A stretch of DNA of 25,933 nt, taken from NCBI GenBank assembly GCA_024274695.1, contig JAJSAI010000024.1, positions 1-25,933 of the forward strand. The letters are read 5' to 3'. Shown one piece after another: positions 24,910 to 25,933 of the stretch. The number at the start of each line of letters is the position of its first letter. Within the stretch, counting starts at the first letter, position 1. The position numbers were made by a program, and so were the translations under genes. The stretch is from an archaeon (lineage in GTDB: Archaea; B1Sed10-29; JAJSAI01). The notes under the pieces were generated by a model. That model made no database searches, had not been told where the DNA came from, and saw nothing but the letters and a program-made list of their open reading frames with translations.

Positions 24910-25722
24910 TCAGCGGCGTTTTCCCTTTCCCCTCTTCCTTATCTCCTCGCCTATCCTCAGTTTTTCAAGGTCACGCTTCCGCTGGGCAGCGAGCCTGGCC
25001 CTGGACATTTCTCCTGCCTTTTGAAGGGATGCGAGCGTTGCCTCCTGCACGGTAAGAGTATGGACTGCATTGAGCGCTTTTTCTGTCAGGCTCCGTTCCC
25101 TTTCCATGAGCTCTTTTATTCTCTTCTTGTCTTTCTCTGTTGCTGTTCCCGTTTTGACTTTTTTCATGAGCCCTGCAACCTCTCTCATTATCTGCTCTCT
25201 TTCTTCTTTCAGTCTCGGGAGCTCGGACCTCAGCTCGGACATTTTTTCAAGGATCCCCTGCCGTGTTTCCTCAATCTTTTCCGGAGAGAACACTGCTCCC
25301 AGGTATCCTGCGGATGCCTTAACGTTCCCAGTCGCTCCGGAGTTTATCTCGTTCATCCTGATGGTCAGCAGTCCCATCCTGATATCCCTTTCTGTCCTGC
25401 TTAGCCTGCCCTCTTCAGCCATCCTCGCCAGCCGGGTCCTCTCCTTCGCGATCTCCTGGGCCGTCCTGAACCTGCCGTATTCTTTTTCCAGTTCACGGGT
25501 TATCCTCTTCCTTAGGCTTGCTATCCTCTGCTCTTGCTCCCGTATCAAACGCTCCTTCTCTTCAATCTGCCGCTCCAGCGCAAGGTCCTCAACGCCTTCC
25601 TCTAGCGCCTGCCTGGTGAGCTCCATGAACTGTTTGCTCATGGCAGTCTCCGTTCTCTCCTGCTCCTCCTTCAAGCGGTTCAGTTCCTTGAACAATTCTT
25701 CAAGCTTTTCCTTTTCTGCCAT
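24910..25722 (-). CDS. Hypothetical coiled-coil protein with basic C-terminal tail
   Basis: 270-aa E/K/R-rich heptad-patterned ORF; converges on tRNA-Leu. Confidence 0.75.
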   Translation of the reverse strand: MAEKEKLEELFKELNRLKEEQERTETAMSKQFMELTRQALEEGVEDLALERQIEEKERLIREQEQRIASLRKRITRELEKEYGRFRTAQEIAKERTRLARMAEEGRLSRTERDIRMGLLTIRMNEINSGATGNVKASAGYLGAVFSPEKIEETRQGILEKMSELRSELPRLKEEREQIMREVAGLMKKVKTGTATEKDKKRIKELMERERSLTEKALNAVHTLTVQEATLASLQKAGEMSRARLAAQRKRDLEKLRIGEEIRKRGKGKRR

Positions 25723-25858
25723 GCTCTTATTATTGTTGAACCCTTTTATCCCTTTGGCAGAGGAAGGAACCCAGAAGCAGAGATGAAAAACAGTAGGTGC
25801 CCCTTATTCGGGTGAGGAGGGTAAAGAAAAATTTAGAAGGGAAAGGGGTAATAGGGGA

Positions 25859-25913
25859 ATACCAAAAGGCGAAGCCTTTTGGATTATCCAAGAACCCAGG
25901 GGGTTCTTGGTAT
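25859..25913. repeat. 55-bp double-hairpin repeat, copy 2
   Basis: ATA-CCAAAAGGC-GAA-GCCTTTTGG-ATTAT-CCAAGAACCC-AGG-GGGTTCTTGG-TAT; homologous to 11203-11257, with flank similarity extending about 30 bp 5'. Confidence 0.9.
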
Positions 25914-25933
25914 AAAACCGTAGGTTGTCCCTA

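Noticed and set aside
24644-25786. ORFs 24644-24898 (-), 24781-25404 (+) and 25070-25786 (+)
   Set aside because: They overlap tRNA-Leu or lie antisense to the 270-aa gene.

Overview
Archaeal chromosomal window; gene content suggests a DPANN-like, probably thermophilic lineage (inference). Left to right it holds: the 3' end of a type IV pilus operon (T2SSF/TadC-like protein, six pilin-like genes and an uncalled 37-aa coiled-coil gene) running into two double-module Lrp/AsnC regulators; a TrmB regulator; a split PEP-utilising mobile-domain gene pair; two tandem trans-prenyl diphosphate synthases; class I lysS; tRNA-Lys(CTT); trm56; tfe; a second, minus-strand Tad-like pilus locus (KaiC-like ATPase, major pilin, two T2SSF proteins, assembly ATPase, wHTH/coiled-coil protein, minor pilins, 894-aa propeller adhesin candidate); an intron-containing tRNA-Leu(TAA); and an orphan coiled-coil gene. 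The most unusual signal is non-coding. A 55-bp double-hairpin/cloverleaf module with compensatory changes occurs twice (11203-11257, 25859-25913), and further shared short modules occur at both loci in shuffled order. One copy lies in a ~200-bp hairpin-rich insert bounded by an att-like duplication of the tRNA-Lys 3' end.
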